Shown piece after piece: positions 40,886 through 50,907 of a stretch of 64,000 bases of DNA. Below the pieces are notes generated by a model. The model ran no database searches. It was not told where the DNA came from and worked only from the letters and a program-made list of their open reading frames with translations. The stretch covers positions 8,261-72,260 of the forward strand of contig JAUWCL010000012.1 of the NCBI GenBank assembly GCA_030609325.1, in the 5' to 3' direction. This DNA is from Candidatus Krumholzibacteriota bacterium. Its GTDB lineage: Bacteria > Krumholzibacteriota > Krumholzibacteriia > Krumholzibacteriales > Krumholzibacteriaceae. Numbering within the stretch: the first letter of the stretch is position 1; each line of letters starts with the position of its first letter. A program made the translations under genes and the position numbers.

Positions 40886-41578
40886 ATGAAGATCGCTTTC
40901 ACAGGACTGGACCTGCCCGAGGGCAAGGTAAGATTCGAGGATCCCGTCGTCCACTCGCTTACGGCGAAGTTCTCGCCGAAGAAGATCACGCCGTACTACT
41001 TCGAGTTCGTCGGCGACGACTTCGAGGCGGCCGACATGATAGCCGTAGCACGCGACCGCGTGCTTGATCTCCTCATATACGATATTGAGAAGCTCGAGAC
41101 CCGCCTCGAGCGCAGCGACGACGAGGAAGAGCGCGAAGCACTTGCCGGGGCCCTTTCGGAGCTGGAGCGCGAGATCCCTGTCTGCGATATGGAGCTTTCG
41201 GATTCAGACAGCCGGCATATGCGGCAGACAGGTCCGTTGAGCCTCAAGCCGGTGCTGATCGTCGATTCGGATTCGGTCGATGTCCAGGAGCTTCTTCCCT
41301 TCGCTCTGGAGAAGTCGGGCATGATGTTCTTCTATACGGCCGGCGAGCAGGAAGTGCACGCCTGGCTGATCAGCAGGGGCTTCGATGCTCATGGATGCGC
41401 GGGGAGGATACATACCGACCTGGCGCGCGGCTTCGTCAAGGCCGAGATAGTTGCCGTCGATGACCTGCTCAATTGCCACAGCATGGCTGACGCCCGCAAG
41501 CGCGGTCTCAGCCGTCTCGTCGACCGCGACTTTGTCATCACCTCCGACACCGTCCTCGAGATAAGATTCAATATCTGA
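40886..41578 (+). CDS. YchF-related (DUF933/TGS) protein lacking the P-loop
   Basis: 'KKITP', 'FYTAG..EVHAW', 'AGRIHTDLARGFVKAE', 'RFN'; no GxxxxGKS. Confidence 0.75.
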   Translation: MKIAFTGLDLPEGKVRFEDPVVHSLTAKFSPKKITPYYFEFVGDDFEAADMIAVARDRVLDLLIYDIEKLETRLERSDDEEEREALAGALSELEREIPVCDMELSDSDSRHMRQTGPLSLKPVLIVDSDSVDVQELLPFALEKSGMMFFYTAGEQEVHAWLISRGFDAHGCAGRIHTDLARGFVKAEIVAVDDLLNCHSMADARKRGLSRLVDRDFVITSDTVLEIRFNI

Positions 41579-41763
41579 TTCAAGATTTGTATTCCAGAGA
41601 CATCCGAGAGATATACGTATGAAACCGGAATCGATGAATCCAGGGACGACGAATCCTTACACAACGGGTCAATTATCTGACGTTGACTTCTGACGTTGTT
41701 TGCGTGTTGAATAGGACGATCGATGAACAGGACACTCGTTAAAGAGCAACAAGGCATTAAACC

Positions 41764-43044
41764 ATGGTCAGCAAAATAATCATCGCGGTTCTCATCGTTG
41801 TGATCGGCGGACTCGTCGTAAAACTCATCATGGACAATCGGGACGGGTCCAATGCGGATGATTACCAGCTCCCGCCGCCGGAGACCCTCGACGTGCGCGA
41901 CGTGACCGCGTTTATCGATGCCGAGGCCACAACGTTCCGCGTCCGGACGACGCGAGACGTCCTGCCCGGCGGGTACTCGGCGGCGATGACGCCGGTACTC
42001 GTCGACTGGAACAGATCGGACACCTCCCCGGGGGGCGAGATCCTGCTCCTCAACATCAACCACGGCGGCAATCCCGTCTCGGGCGTGACCGAGCTGCGGT
42101 CCGCGCTCATCAGGCCGGACAGGATTAAAAAGGTCCAGCTCGTCATGGTCCCGCTGGGAGGGCCTGAGGCGATCTCGCACGGCCAGCTCAGGTTCATCTT
42201 CGAGGAAGGCGGGGCCGGGTTTTCAGGCGGCGACAAGGGAGTAGCCGGTAAACCCGAGAAGCTGGAGGATCTTATAATCTCGTGGGAAGCGTGGCGCGCT
42301 CCCGGCGTCGACTACAAGATGATGAAAGGGATGGACCCGGAGACGTACGAGCTGACCTGCCGCGCCTACTCTGGGCCGCAGCGCTTCCTCGAGGACGCGC
42401 TGATGAACCGCGAATGGAACGTATACGAGCTGAACCTTCCCGGCGGCAGGGAAGGATGCATAGAGCTCCTGAAGGTCGCGCTTGCCCTCGGCGACGGCGC
42501 CTCGCGTCATTCGATCGTCTGGATGATCGAGGATGCCGAGCGAAAATGGAAAGAGGATGGGTTCGATTCCGATCCGGAGCAGAGCAGTGCAGTCGAGGTC
42601 TGGCGCGCGCTCAGGGAAAGGGCCGGAGCGGCCGGCTCGCCCGTCGAAGATCCGCGGGCCGACATGACCGGCAGGACCGGATACCAGTCGATGATCCGAT
42701 CCTGCGCGACGATGGCCCTCTATTCGGTCGACCTGACCGTGGCGAGGCTGATCGAGGCGGGCTATCCGGCTGGTGGGGCGCGGCCGACGCAGAAACCCGA
42801 AATAATCGAGGAGCCCGCCTGGATGGTGGAACTGGGCAGCGCGGACATCGCGGGCATCCTGAAACGGACCCCGAAGGCCCTCGCGTACGCACGCGAGAAT
42901 CCTACGGTCATCCCGGGAAACATTCCCAAGGCGTTGGAGGAAGCCGGCCTTCTGGTGATGGAGAACGGCAGGCCGTGGAACGAGCGGTATTCGATTATGG
43001 ACGAGACGCCCTGGGGCCACAGGTGGCAGCTGCTGATCAGGTGA
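41764..43044 (+). CDS. DUF4105/Lnb-like membrane-anchored protein
   Basis: 'SHGQLRF', 'SWEAWR', 'YEL', 'RSCAT'. Confidence 0.55.
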   Translation: MVSKIIIAVLIVVIGGLVVKLIMDNRDGSNADDYQLPPPETLDVRDVTAFIDAEATTFRVRTTRDVLPGGYSAAMTPVLVDWNRSDTSPGGEILLLNINHGGNPVSGVTELRSALIRPDRIKKVQLVMVPLGGPEAISHGQLRFIFEEGGAGFSGGDKGVAGKPEKLEDLIISWEAWRAPGVDYKMMKGMDPETYELTCRAYSGPQRFLEDALMNREWNVYELNLPGGREGCIELLKVALALGDGASRHSIVWMIEDAERKWKEDGFDSDPEQSSAVEVWRALRERAGAAGSPVEDPRADMTGRTGYQSMIRSCATMALYSVDLTVARLIEAGYPAGGARPTQKPEIIEEPAWMVELGSADIAGILKRTPKALAYARENPTVIPGNIPKALEEAGLLVMENGRPWNERYSIMDETPWGHRWQLLIR

Positions 43045-43237
43045 CAGGAGGGAAAATATGAGATGGACGGTGCTTTTTCTGCTGATGGTCCTCGTTGCCT
43101 GTCCCGCTGAAGTAACCTGCGCCAACGGATCCCTGTGAAAGCCCGGCCTGGTCTCGAGCCGCATCAACCAGATGGTCAGGTATCTCTCGAAAACGCTCTT
43201 CATCCTTCGCCGGGCTTCTATACCGCTCTGCCGCTTA

Positions 43238-44026
43238 TTATTGCTGCTTCCTCGCCTCAATATATGCGGAACGCACATACCGTTCGGTTCCAAGGTCCGA
43301 GAACCAGCTCTTGATCATCTCCATGCTCTCTTCCTTGAGCTGTATGGAGACATCGGTAAACCCCGCGCCGGTGAGCATATTTTCGATCTCCGGCACCAGT
43401 ATCGCTCCGGCGATGCATCCGGAATATGCTTCCACATCGTTTCTGATGTTATCGGGCATCTCCTCTATCGCTACAATGTCCGAGACGGCCAGCCGCCCGC
43501 CGGGCTTCAGCACGCGGTAGACCTCTCTGAATACCTGCTGCTTGTCGGGGGAGAGGTTGATGACGCAGTTCGAGATTACCACGTCGACGCTGTCGTCCGC
43601 CGACGGGATGTGCTCGATCTCGCCCAGCCTGAACTCTACGTTGGTGAAGCCGCCTTCCTCGGCGCCGAGCCTCGACTTGCTCACCATCTCGGGCGTCATG
43701 TCGATGCCGATCACTCTGCCGTTCTCGCCCACCTTTGCGGAGGAGAGGAAGCAATCGATTCCCGCCCCGCTGCCAAGGTCGAGGACCGTCTCGCCCTCCT
43801 CGAGCGAGGCTATTGCCACGGGATTGCCGCATCCGAGGCCGAGGTTGCTTCCATCGGGAAGGTCTGCCAGTTCGCTGGCCGTGTATCCCAGGGTGGCGGA
43901 TACCTCGTCGGCGGCAGCCCCGGCCCCTGAGCAGCACGAAGGTCCGCAGCATCCTTCGGATCCTGCCGTTTCTGCGTACTTTTTCCTCACTTCGTTCCTC
44001 AGCATGTCGTTGCTGACATCTGACAT
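43238..44026 (-). CDS. arsM: Arsenite S-adenosylmethyltransferase
   Basis: CC..CC N-terminus, 'NLGLGCGNP', 'LDLGSGAGID', 'SNCVINL', 'GCIAGA'. Confidence 0.9.
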   Translation of the reverse strand: MSDVSNDMLRNEVRKKYAETAGSEGCCGPSCCSGAGAAADEVSATLGYTASELADLPDGSNLGLGCGNPVAIASLEEGETVLDLGSGAGIDCFLSSAKVGENGRVIGIDMTPEMVSKSRLGAEEGGFTNVEFRLGEIEHIPSADDSVDVVISNCVINLSPDKQQVFREVYRVLKPGGRLAVSDIVAIEEMPDNIRNDVEAYSGCIAGAILVPEIENMLTGAGFTDVSIQLKEESMEMIKSWFSDLGTERYVRSAYIEARKQQ

Positions 44027-44027
44027 T

Positions 44028-44418
44028 TTACTGTACTTTCTCATCGAGGTTGCCGGGAAGTCCTTCGACAGATTCCCTGATCTCGTCGCGCACCCTGCGG
44101 CAGATATCGAGTTTCTCTTTATCGCCTTCGACCGTCTTGGCCAGCGCCGGCGGGATCGTCGAATCCGACATGGACGATCTTCCCGGTGCCGGGAAAGAAC
44201 GGACAGTTCACGCGCGGCTCCCGCTTTGCCGTCTCCGTGAGCCTGTAGTAGACCCATCGTCCGTTCTTGCGGCTCTCCACGAGTCCGGCGTTCTGCAGAA
44301 CGCTCATGTGCCGCGAGACGGTCGCCGGGGCTGCGCCGAGCACACGTGTGGCGAGCACTATCGCGAGGAACACCGCGGCGATCAGCGTCAGCTTCTTCCA
44401 TTCGTCCCGCAGACTCAT
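44028..44418 (-). pseudogene. Chimeric remnant: permease N-terminus, ArsR HTH and ArsC C-terminus
   Basis: 'EWKKLTLIAAVFLA' | 'ATVSRHM..L..AGLVESRK.GRWVYYRL' | 'CPFFPG...HVGFDDP', frameshift, then 'RRVRDEI'. Confidence 0.75.
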
Positions 44419-44473
44419 ATCCTATTTACCGTTCCAGTTCCATATCGACCGGACACCCGGGATCGACGCGGAA

Positions 44474-44803
44474 TCATTGATCCTGTCCGATCATCTTCAT
44501 CCGGTCCTCGGCGCCGGTCCTGATGACCTGTTCGATGCATTCCATGAAGCTCAGCACGCAGGGGACGCGGAGACTGTAGAAGACCTGCTTTCCGCGCTTC
44601 TCGTCCTCGATGATTCCGGCCTGCTTGAGAACGTTCAGATGACGCGATACGGTCGAGTAGTCGACGCCGGCCATGTCCACGAACTCGCAGACGCAGCGCT
44701 CGCCCCGACCGAGCTCCTCGGCGATCAGGAGGCGGGTGGGGTGTCCCAGCGCCTTCAGAACTCTCGATTTTGCTTCAAGATACGTTTTTCTTCTCTCGTC
44801 CAT
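44474..44803 (-). CDS. arsR: ArsR/SmtB metalloregulator
   Basis: 'KALGHPTRL', 'ERCVCE', 'STVSRHL..LK.AG'. Confidence 0.88.
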   Translation of the reverse strand: MDERRKTYLEAKSRVLKALGHPTRLLIAEELGRGERCVCEFVDMAGVDYSTVSRHLNVLKQAGIIEDEKRGKQVFYSLRVPCVLSFMECIEQVIRTGAEDRMKMIGQDQ

Positions 44804-44825
44804 TGGGGATTCTTCCTCATTAGTA

Positions 44826-44847
44826 TATTTGGCATAATAGCAAAATA
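44826..44847. promoter_or_regulatory. Likely ArsR operator
   Basis: Imperfect palindrome TATTTGGCATAATAGCAAAATA just upstream of arsR. Confidence 0.5.
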
Positions 44848-44945
44848 AAAGACGGGGGTCAACTGGTTTGTTCTATGCAAGACTAAAGTCCTGGTCGGGA
44901 AGGCGGCTGATCAGACGGCTCGAACCGACGAAAGGGGTGATAGCC

Positions 44946-45287
44946 ATGAAACGGACCGGATGGACATCGCGGCTCCTGATCGTTCTTGCCGCTGTATTTA
45001 CGCTTGTCCTTGCCGGAGACGCCCTTGCAGGAGATATGGGAGGCAGGAAGAACAAGAAAGGCAAGAAGCACAAGAAAGGCAAGAAGGAGCGGGTTGTCAG
45101 GAAGGACAACGAGCGGACGGATTCGATCACCGACCCGACCAGAGCTAAAAAAAGTTTGAGGAAATTGAGGAGCAGCGGGAAAGGAAAGGGAGGAAACAGA
45201 AGCAGCACGAAAAGTCAGACCCGTACGAGGAGCAGACAGAAAAGTCAGAAAAGAAGCTGCAAAAGAAGCAGCGGCGGAAAGAAATAG
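44946..45287 (+). CDS. Exported, highly basic small protein
   Basis: Signal peptide ending ALA; mature part rich in K, R, S and G. Confidence 0.6.
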   Translation: MKRTGWTSRLLIVLAAVFTLVLAGDALAGDMGGRKNKKGKKHKKGKKERVVRKDNERTDSITDPTRAKKSLRKLRSSGKGKGGNRSSTKSQTRTRSRQKSQKRSCKRSSGGKK

Positions 45288-45484
45288 AGTATGATATAAT
45301 CCGGACGGGAAAAAGGGCCCATTCTGCAATATCCGCCCCCGGATCTGCAAACGCGCTTCAGCGGGAGGTGGATCGTCAAGCGAGCCCATCCGGAGATATA
45401 CAATGAACCACCAGTCAATCACGCCGGCCGCCGCAGCCGGTATCATCTGTATCGCGATCAAGTCCCCGATGAAGTGATCCCGCG

Positions 45485-46696
45485 ATGAGCGATCCTGTAA
45501 AATACCCGGCAGGCGGAGGGCACTGGAAGGAAGGCGACCGCGCGATCGCCCACATCGACATGGATGCCTTCTACGCCTCGGTCGAGATACTCGACTTCCC
45601 CGAGCTCGAGGGGAAGCCCGTCGTCGTCGGAGGCGATTCGAACAGGGGCGTCGTGTCGGCGGCGAGCTACGAGGCGCGTAAATACGGGATCCACTCGGCG
45701 ATGCCGATATTCCGCGCGAAGCGCCTCTGCCGCGGCCTGGTGATCAGGCCGGGCAGGATGACGAGGTACGTCGAGCTGTCGCGAGAGGTGATGAGGGTCC
45801 TGCACGGGTTCTCCCCGATCGTCCAGCAGATATCGATAGACGAGGCGTACATCGATCTGGCCGGCACGGGAAAACTCTTCGGCCGTCCCTCCTCCGCGGT
45901 TCGCTCTATTAAAAAAGAGATACGTGCCGCCACTTCGCTGACATGCTCCATCGGCCTTTCTTCGAGCAAGCTCATCGCGAAGGTGACCTCGGACATGAAC
46001 AAGCCCGACGGTATAACGATTGTGCCGCCTTCGCGGGTGATGGATTTTCTTTACGGCCTGCCTGTCGGCGCGATTCCGGGCATAGGGGAAAAGAGCGAGG
46101 AGCAGCTCAGGCAGATCGGCGTCCGCGAGGTCGGGGACCTGTCGAGGCTGAAGCCCGGATATCTCGAGGAGAGGTTCGGGAGGTTCGGCCGGCTCCTGCA
46201 GGCCATCGCAGAGGGACGGGTCCATTCCGAGCTGGTCCCGTGGTCGCAGCCAAAATCGGTCAGCAACGAATTGACCATGCCTGAGGATACCTCAGACATG
46301 AGGACGCTCGAGAAATATCTGCTCGGCCTCGCCGACAAGGTGGGCAGGCGGCTGCGCAGGCAGGGACTCAAGGGGAGGACGATCACGCTGAAGGTCAAGA
46401 CCCACAGGCACAGGCTGATCACGCGGAGCTCGACACTGGAGCATCCCGTCAATCAGGGCAGGGTGATATACGAACAAGCGCGTGGACTGCTCAGGGAGTA
46501 CGGCGTTCCGGTGAGCCTGCGCCTGATCGGCGTGGGAGTCTCCGGCCTCGAGCCCGAGAGCGGCGGCGGCCAGTTCGCGCTGTTCGAGGGACCGTCTCCC
46601 GGCGGGGAGAAATGGGACAGGGTCGAGCGGGCCGTCGACTCTATCATCGACAGGTTCGGGAGCGGCGCTGTCAGAAAAGGCAGGCAGCTCGAGTAA
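45485..46696 (+). CDS. dinB: DNA polymerase IV
   Basis: 'HIDMDAFYASVE', 'SYEAR', 'SIDEAY', 'KPDG'. Confidence 0.95.
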   Translation: MSDPVKYPAGGGHWKEGDRAIAHIDMDAFYASVEILDFPELEGKPVVVGGDSNRGVVSAASYEARKYGIHSAMPIFRAKRLCRGLVIRPGRMTRYVELSREVMRVLHGFSPIVQQISIDEAYIDLAGTGKLFGRPSSAVRSIKKEIRAATSLTCSIGLSSSKLIAKVTSDMNKPDGITIVPPSRVMDFLYGLPVGAIPGIGEKSEEQLRQIGVREVGDLSRLKPGYLEERFGRFGRLLQAIAEGRVHSELVPWSQPKSVSNELTMPEDTSDMRTLEKYLLGLADKVGRRLRRQGLKGRTITLKVKTHRHRLITRSSTLEHPVNQGRVIYEQARGLLREYGVPVSLRLIGVGVSGLEPESGGGQFALFEGPSPGGEKWDRVERAVDSIIDRFGSGAVRKGRQLE

Positions 46697-46699
46697 GAC

Positions 46700-47227
46700 C
46701 TACCAGGTGTTCTTCGACTTTTGCCCCGGCGGATAGCGGCTGAGCAGCTTGTTCACCGAGTGGTTGATCTGGTAGTGGATGTTCCCTCGGTCCTCGAGTA
46801 CCCCGGTCGCCCAGCCTCTCCATAGCAGCTGCTTCTCCTCGCGGTCGACTATATCCAGGATCAGCGTTCCTTCCTGGTACTGATAGACGTTTGTGTGAGG
46901 GTACCAGTAACTGTAGTAATGGGTGACATCGACCCTGTTTCTCGAGGTGAAGTAGTAGGCCATGAGAAAATCGGGATGGCCCTCCTCGATTTTCGTGAAG
47001 CCTTTCTTCGCCATCCCGGCGTTGACCGCGTTTTTTACATGCCCCTCGATCAGAGGATCGTTCATCAGCGGATTATCCTCGGTGCCCTTGACGTGAGGGA
47101 TCCACCGGTATGTCTTGTATTTCGAGAAGTCGGTCTCGCGGTTGTAGTCGGTCTCGACCCGGATCGTGGAACAACCTGTTATAAAGACAATTGTGGTGAG
47201 TGCGAGGATGACAGCGAATCTTTTCAT
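46700..47227 (-). CDS. DUF4136 lipoprotein
   Basis: Lipobox ITGC; 'DFSKYKTY', 'EGTLILDIVD', 'WRG'. Confidence 0.85.
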   Translation of the reverse strand: MKRFAVILALTTIVFITGCSTIRVETDYNRETDFSKYKTYRWIPHVKGTEDNPLMNDPLIEGHVKNAVNAGMAKKGFTKIEEGHPDFLMAYYFTSRNRVDVTHYYSYWYPHTNVYQYQEGTLILDIVDREEKQLLWRGWATGVLEDRGNIHYQINHSVNKLLSRYPPGQKSKNTW

Positions 47228-47468
47228 ATCGACCTCCAGATCTCAGGGGGTGCCGGGAATAATATAACACCACCGGCGGCCGTCTTCAACGATATTGGAA
47301 GCGGATGTCCCAGGGGGATGCCTCGAGCGGCCCCGAAGAGACTCAATATACGATTGTAAGCTTTAAAGGAACGCTGTATTATCGTCGGGCGGCCGGATGC
47401 CGGCGGCTTATCTGTGACGAAAACGTTTGCAATCGTCGAGGCGATGGTAAAAATCCCGGCAGAGACCA

Positions 47469-48578
47469 ATGATTGATATCCTCAGAAATTCTGTGATGAT
47501 AACGGGCTTCGTCTTCGTGATGATGCTCGTGATCGAGTATATCAACGTCGTCACGAGCGGCAGGTGGGGTGAGCGCCTCGCCCGCAACAGGGCCGGCCAG
47601 TATATCCTCGCCGCCGTACTCGGCGCGCTGCCGGGATGCCTCGGGCCGTTCGCGATAGTGGCGATGTTCTCCCACAGGATCGTCGGACTCGGTGCGGTAA
47701 TAACCGCCATGATAGCTACGAGCGGCGACGAGACCTTCGTGATGCTCGCCCTTATCCCGAGGCAGACGATGATCCTGATCCCGGTGTTGATGGCGACGGG
47801 TATCCTCGCCGGCATTCTTACAGATTCGCTCTCGGGCAGGGTCAAGTTTCTCGAGAAGATGCACTGCGACGGCCTCGTGGTCCACGAGGGCCACGAGGGC
47901 AACTATTTTCCCGGGGGGCATATCGCCGGCCAGTGGCGAAACTGCTCGCCGGCCCGCGGTATACTCGCCGTCACGATCGTCCTGCTCCTGCTCTCCGTGA
48001 TAACGGGCCAGTTTTCCCATCACGGCCACGGCATGGAGGGGATAGGTGGAGCGGCGCGGGAGGGGATCGGTCACATGCTGGAGGGTGACGGCGCCCATGA
48101 CCACGAAGGCTGGGGATGGATACGTACGACCCTCCTGGTCACATCGCTGCTCGCTCTCTTCATCGTGGTGACCGTCCCCGACCATTTTCTCGACGAGCAT
48201 CTCTGGAGGCACATCGCCGTCCGGCACGTTCCGAGGATATTCCTCTGGACGTTCGGGGCGCTGCTCGTCCTCCATCTGCTCACCTCGAATCTCGACCTCG
48301 ATCTCGGCATGCTCGTCTCTCGGGGACAGTGGTTCGTGCTGCTCGCCGCCTGCCTCGCCGGGCTGATCCCCCAGTCGGGGCCGCACCTGATATTCGTGAC
48401 ACTGTTTGCCGGCGGATACATCCCGATGAGCATCCTGCTGGCCAACTCGATCGTGCAGGACGGTCACGGCATGCTCCCGGTTCTCGCCCATTCGAGGCGT
48501 GTTTTCATCCTGATCAAGATCATCAATCTCGCGTTCGGCCTGCTCGTCGGTGCGGCGGCGATGGCGGCGGGGATATAG
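47469..48578 (+). CDS. Putative manganese/metal transporter (DUF2899-like)
   Basis: 'LPGCLG', 'ATSGDE', 'IPQSGPH', 'QDGHG'; His-rich loops. Confidence 0.8.
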   Translation: MIDILRNSVMITGFVFVMMLVIEYINVVTSGRWGERLARNRAGQYILAAVLGALPGCLGPFAIVAMFSHRIVGLGAVITAMIATSGDETFVMLALIPRQTMILIPVLMATGILAGILTDSLSGRVKFLEKMHCDGLVVHEGHEGNYFPGGHIAGQWRNCSPARGILAVTIVLLLLSVITGQFSHHGHGMEGIGGAAREGIGHMLEGDGAHDHEGWGWIRTTLLVTSLLALFIVVTVPDHFLDEHLWRHIAVRHVPRIFLWTFGALLVLHLLTSNLDLDLGMLVSRGQWFVLLAACLAGLIPQSGPHLIFVTLFAGGYIPMSILLANSIVQDGHGMLPVLAHSRRVFILIKIINLAFGLLVGAAAMAAGI

Positions 48579-48645
48579 GTGCGCGGCAGCGTTTCGTGCC
48601 GGCATGAATATACTGGTCAGGGATGCACTGAGTCGAAAGGATCAG

Positions 48646-49635
48646 ATGGAATTCGACAGGATAGTTACACACAATGATTTCGACGGGATCGTCTCGGCGG
48701 CGATCTGCTCGGCGGCGCTCGGGTGCGGCCGGATCATCTTCACCGGCCCCAACTCGATAGCGAGGGCCGAGATCTCGACCGGTCCTTCCGACGTCGTCTG
48801 CGATCTTCCCTATCCGCTCGACTGCGGGATGTGGTTCGACCACCATCCGGGCAATCTCGAAGCGGTCAGGCTGAGGGGGATCGATCCGGCCGGCATACCG
48901 GGGCGTTTCGACGAGAAGCCGTCATGCGCGAGGGTAGCGCTTGAGTATTTCACCGGCGAGGGGTTCGAGTTTCCCGCGCACATTACGGCCGCTGTCGACG
49001 AGGCGGATACGATCGACTCGTTCGACTACCGCAGCGTCGCCGAATGGCGGGAGGAAACTCCGGGGAAGCTCGTAGACATGAGTATCAAGGCCGAGTTCCC
49101 GTCGTTCAGGGAGCAGACGAGATATCTCGAGAGGATTACCGGCATGGTCAGGGACATGCCGCTCGAGGAGATCCTCGGGAACGGCGAGGTCGCTGCAAAT
49201 CTCGAACGGTACAGGGCGGGGGAGGAGAGGATGCTCAAACTGATGGAGGATTCAGTATCGTTTCTCGATGAGGATTCCGATCACGAACTGATAGTGATGG
49301 ACTTCACGCATCACAAGAAGAAGCCGAGGGTGATCCGCAACCTCGCATACATGCTCTATCCCGAGGCGCTCGGCGCGATGACGATAAACTCGCTCTTTCG
49401 CCGCGGGACGAAGACGAACGATCTCAGCATCACGATCTCTCTGTCGATGAACATGACTGCCCGCGACCACGGCAAGGACATGGGAGAGATCATGCGATCG
49501 CTCGACATCGGCGACGGCCACACGGGCGCCGCGGCCGGCACTATCCACTGCGGCTCGAAGGACCAGATGCTCCGCGAGAAGAAACGCGCCCTCGAGGAGA
49601 TATGGGCGATGTGGAAAGAGATGCCTGCTGCTTGA
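48646..49635 (+). CDS. DHH-family phosphoesterase
   Basis: 'HNDFDG', 'DLP', 'FDHH', 'GH..AA'. Confidence 0.85.
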   Translation: MEFDRIVTHNDFDGIVSAAICSAALGCGRIIFTGPNSIARAEISTGPSDVVCDLPYPLDCGMWFDHHPGNLEAVRLRGIDPAGIPGRFDEKPSCARVALEYFTGEGFEFPAHITAAVDEADTIDSFDYRSVAEWREETPGKLVDMSIKAEFPSFREQTRYLERITGMVRDMPLEEILGNGEVAANLERYRAGEERMLKLMEDSVSFLDEDSDHELIVMDFTHHKKKPRVIRNLAYMLYPEALGAMTINSLFRRGTKTNDLSITISLSMNMTARDHGKDMGEIMRSLDIGDGHTGAAAGTIHCGSKDQMLREKKRALEEIWAMWKEMPAA

Positions 49636-49788
49636 TGCTCCGCCTCTGGAAGATATAATCCGCTAGCTGCTCCACCTGGCCGTGATCGATGTACCACAGC
49701 GGCAATCCGAAATGGAAACTCTCGCAAGGCGGGTATCAGGGGGGACTGAGGGAATGTCGCTCCCGGCGCGCTTCCGCACATCGGCCGG

Positions 49789-50697
49789 TCAGGCCCTGCG
49801 CGCGTAGATCATGTAGTGGAAGTTGTGGTAGCGGCGGACACGCTCGGCAGCAGACATCTTTCCGTACAGGGCGAGGCCGGCCTTCCCCGTGTTGGGGTAA
49901 GACTTCAGCGGCACAGCCTCGACATCCTCGAATCCCGACTTCGAGAGCATCTGCATCGATTTGAATACGTCGGTCGGGAACTCGTACGGCGCCGGCCTGT
50001 GTTTCGATCGCTTCATCCTGTGCCAGCCGTCCCTCAGCGCTCCGTGAAGCCGACGCGGCATCATCTTCGACTTCCAGAACTGCAGAAGCCCCCACGCATT
50101 GATGTCCTCGAGAAAAAGTATCCCGTCCGGTCTGAGGATCCTGGCGAACGAGGCGAATATCGCCGCCAGTCTGTCCGGTTCGTGATGGATGAGGTCGATG
50201 CAGCAGATCGCGTCGAAAGCAGCGTTTCGGAAGGGGAGGGCATGCACGGCGCCGGCGACGTTGAGTGCCGAGCCGTGTCCGTCGCGGAGCTTCTCGAGAA
50301 GCGGGCACATCAGGTCGAACGCCACGACGGTATTGTCGGCAGCCAGCTCGAGAAAACCGGTGTCGACGCCGCAGCCGATGTTGGCGATCGTTTTTCCCGT
50401 CCCGACTCTCTCCCGCACGAAATCCCAATATTCGATTTTGGAGAGCTCCCACTGCTCTTCGGAGCGGGTGTCCTTCGCAGAGGCCGGCTCATCGGTCATG
50501 ATCTCGCCTAGTTTCTCCTCCTCGGCGAGATGTTCGATGTCGATCCCCTCGGGCATCAGCACAGGGATGCCGCCGCGCACCTCGTACGATGTGCCGCACG
50601 AGAAGCAGTTAAGGCTGTACTTGCCGTGGCCGAGCTCCCCGCCGCATCTCGGACAGGCGAGAAGGTCGAGCAGCTTCTGTTCTACGATCGATGTCAT
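49789..50697 (-). CDS. Trm112-like Zn-finger plus class I methyltransferase
   Basis: 'LACPRC...CFSC...GIPVL'; 'IGCG', 'LPF', 'LRPDG'. Confidence 0.8.
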   Translation of the reverse strand: MTSIVEQKLLDLLACPRCGGELGHGKYSLNCFSCGTSYEVRGGIPVLMPEGIDIEHLAEEEKLGEIMTDEPASAKDTRSEEQWELSKIEYWDFVRERVGTGKTIANIGCGVDTGFLELAADNTVVAFDLMCPLLEKLRDGHGSALNVAGAVHALPFRNAAFDAICCIDLIHHEPDRLAAIFASFARILRPDGILFLEDINAWGLLQFWKSKMMPRRLHGALRDGWHRMKRSKHRPAPYEFPTDVFKSMQMLSKSGFEDVEAVPLKSYPNTGKAGLALYGKMSAAERVRRYHNFHYMIYARRA

Positions 50698-50907
50698 GAG
50701 CGTTCACCTTTCATCGGTCCATTATAGCCGATACGCGGGTTACTGCAACTTACCTTTTACGCGGCCGGCGGCGAGCATTCTTGACAGCGGTGCACGTCCG
50801 TGATAGCGTTTACCGTTCGAGGCAGAGACTCACGGGCCCTGCCGGGCCGCGCCTGAGCCCGCATTTGTGACCCGCAATACGTTCATCAGTAATCGGAGGA
50901 TCTCGAA

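Noticed and set aside
41676-41698. Direct repeat TCTGACGTTG x2
   Set aside because: Only two copies and no cognate regulator; could be chance
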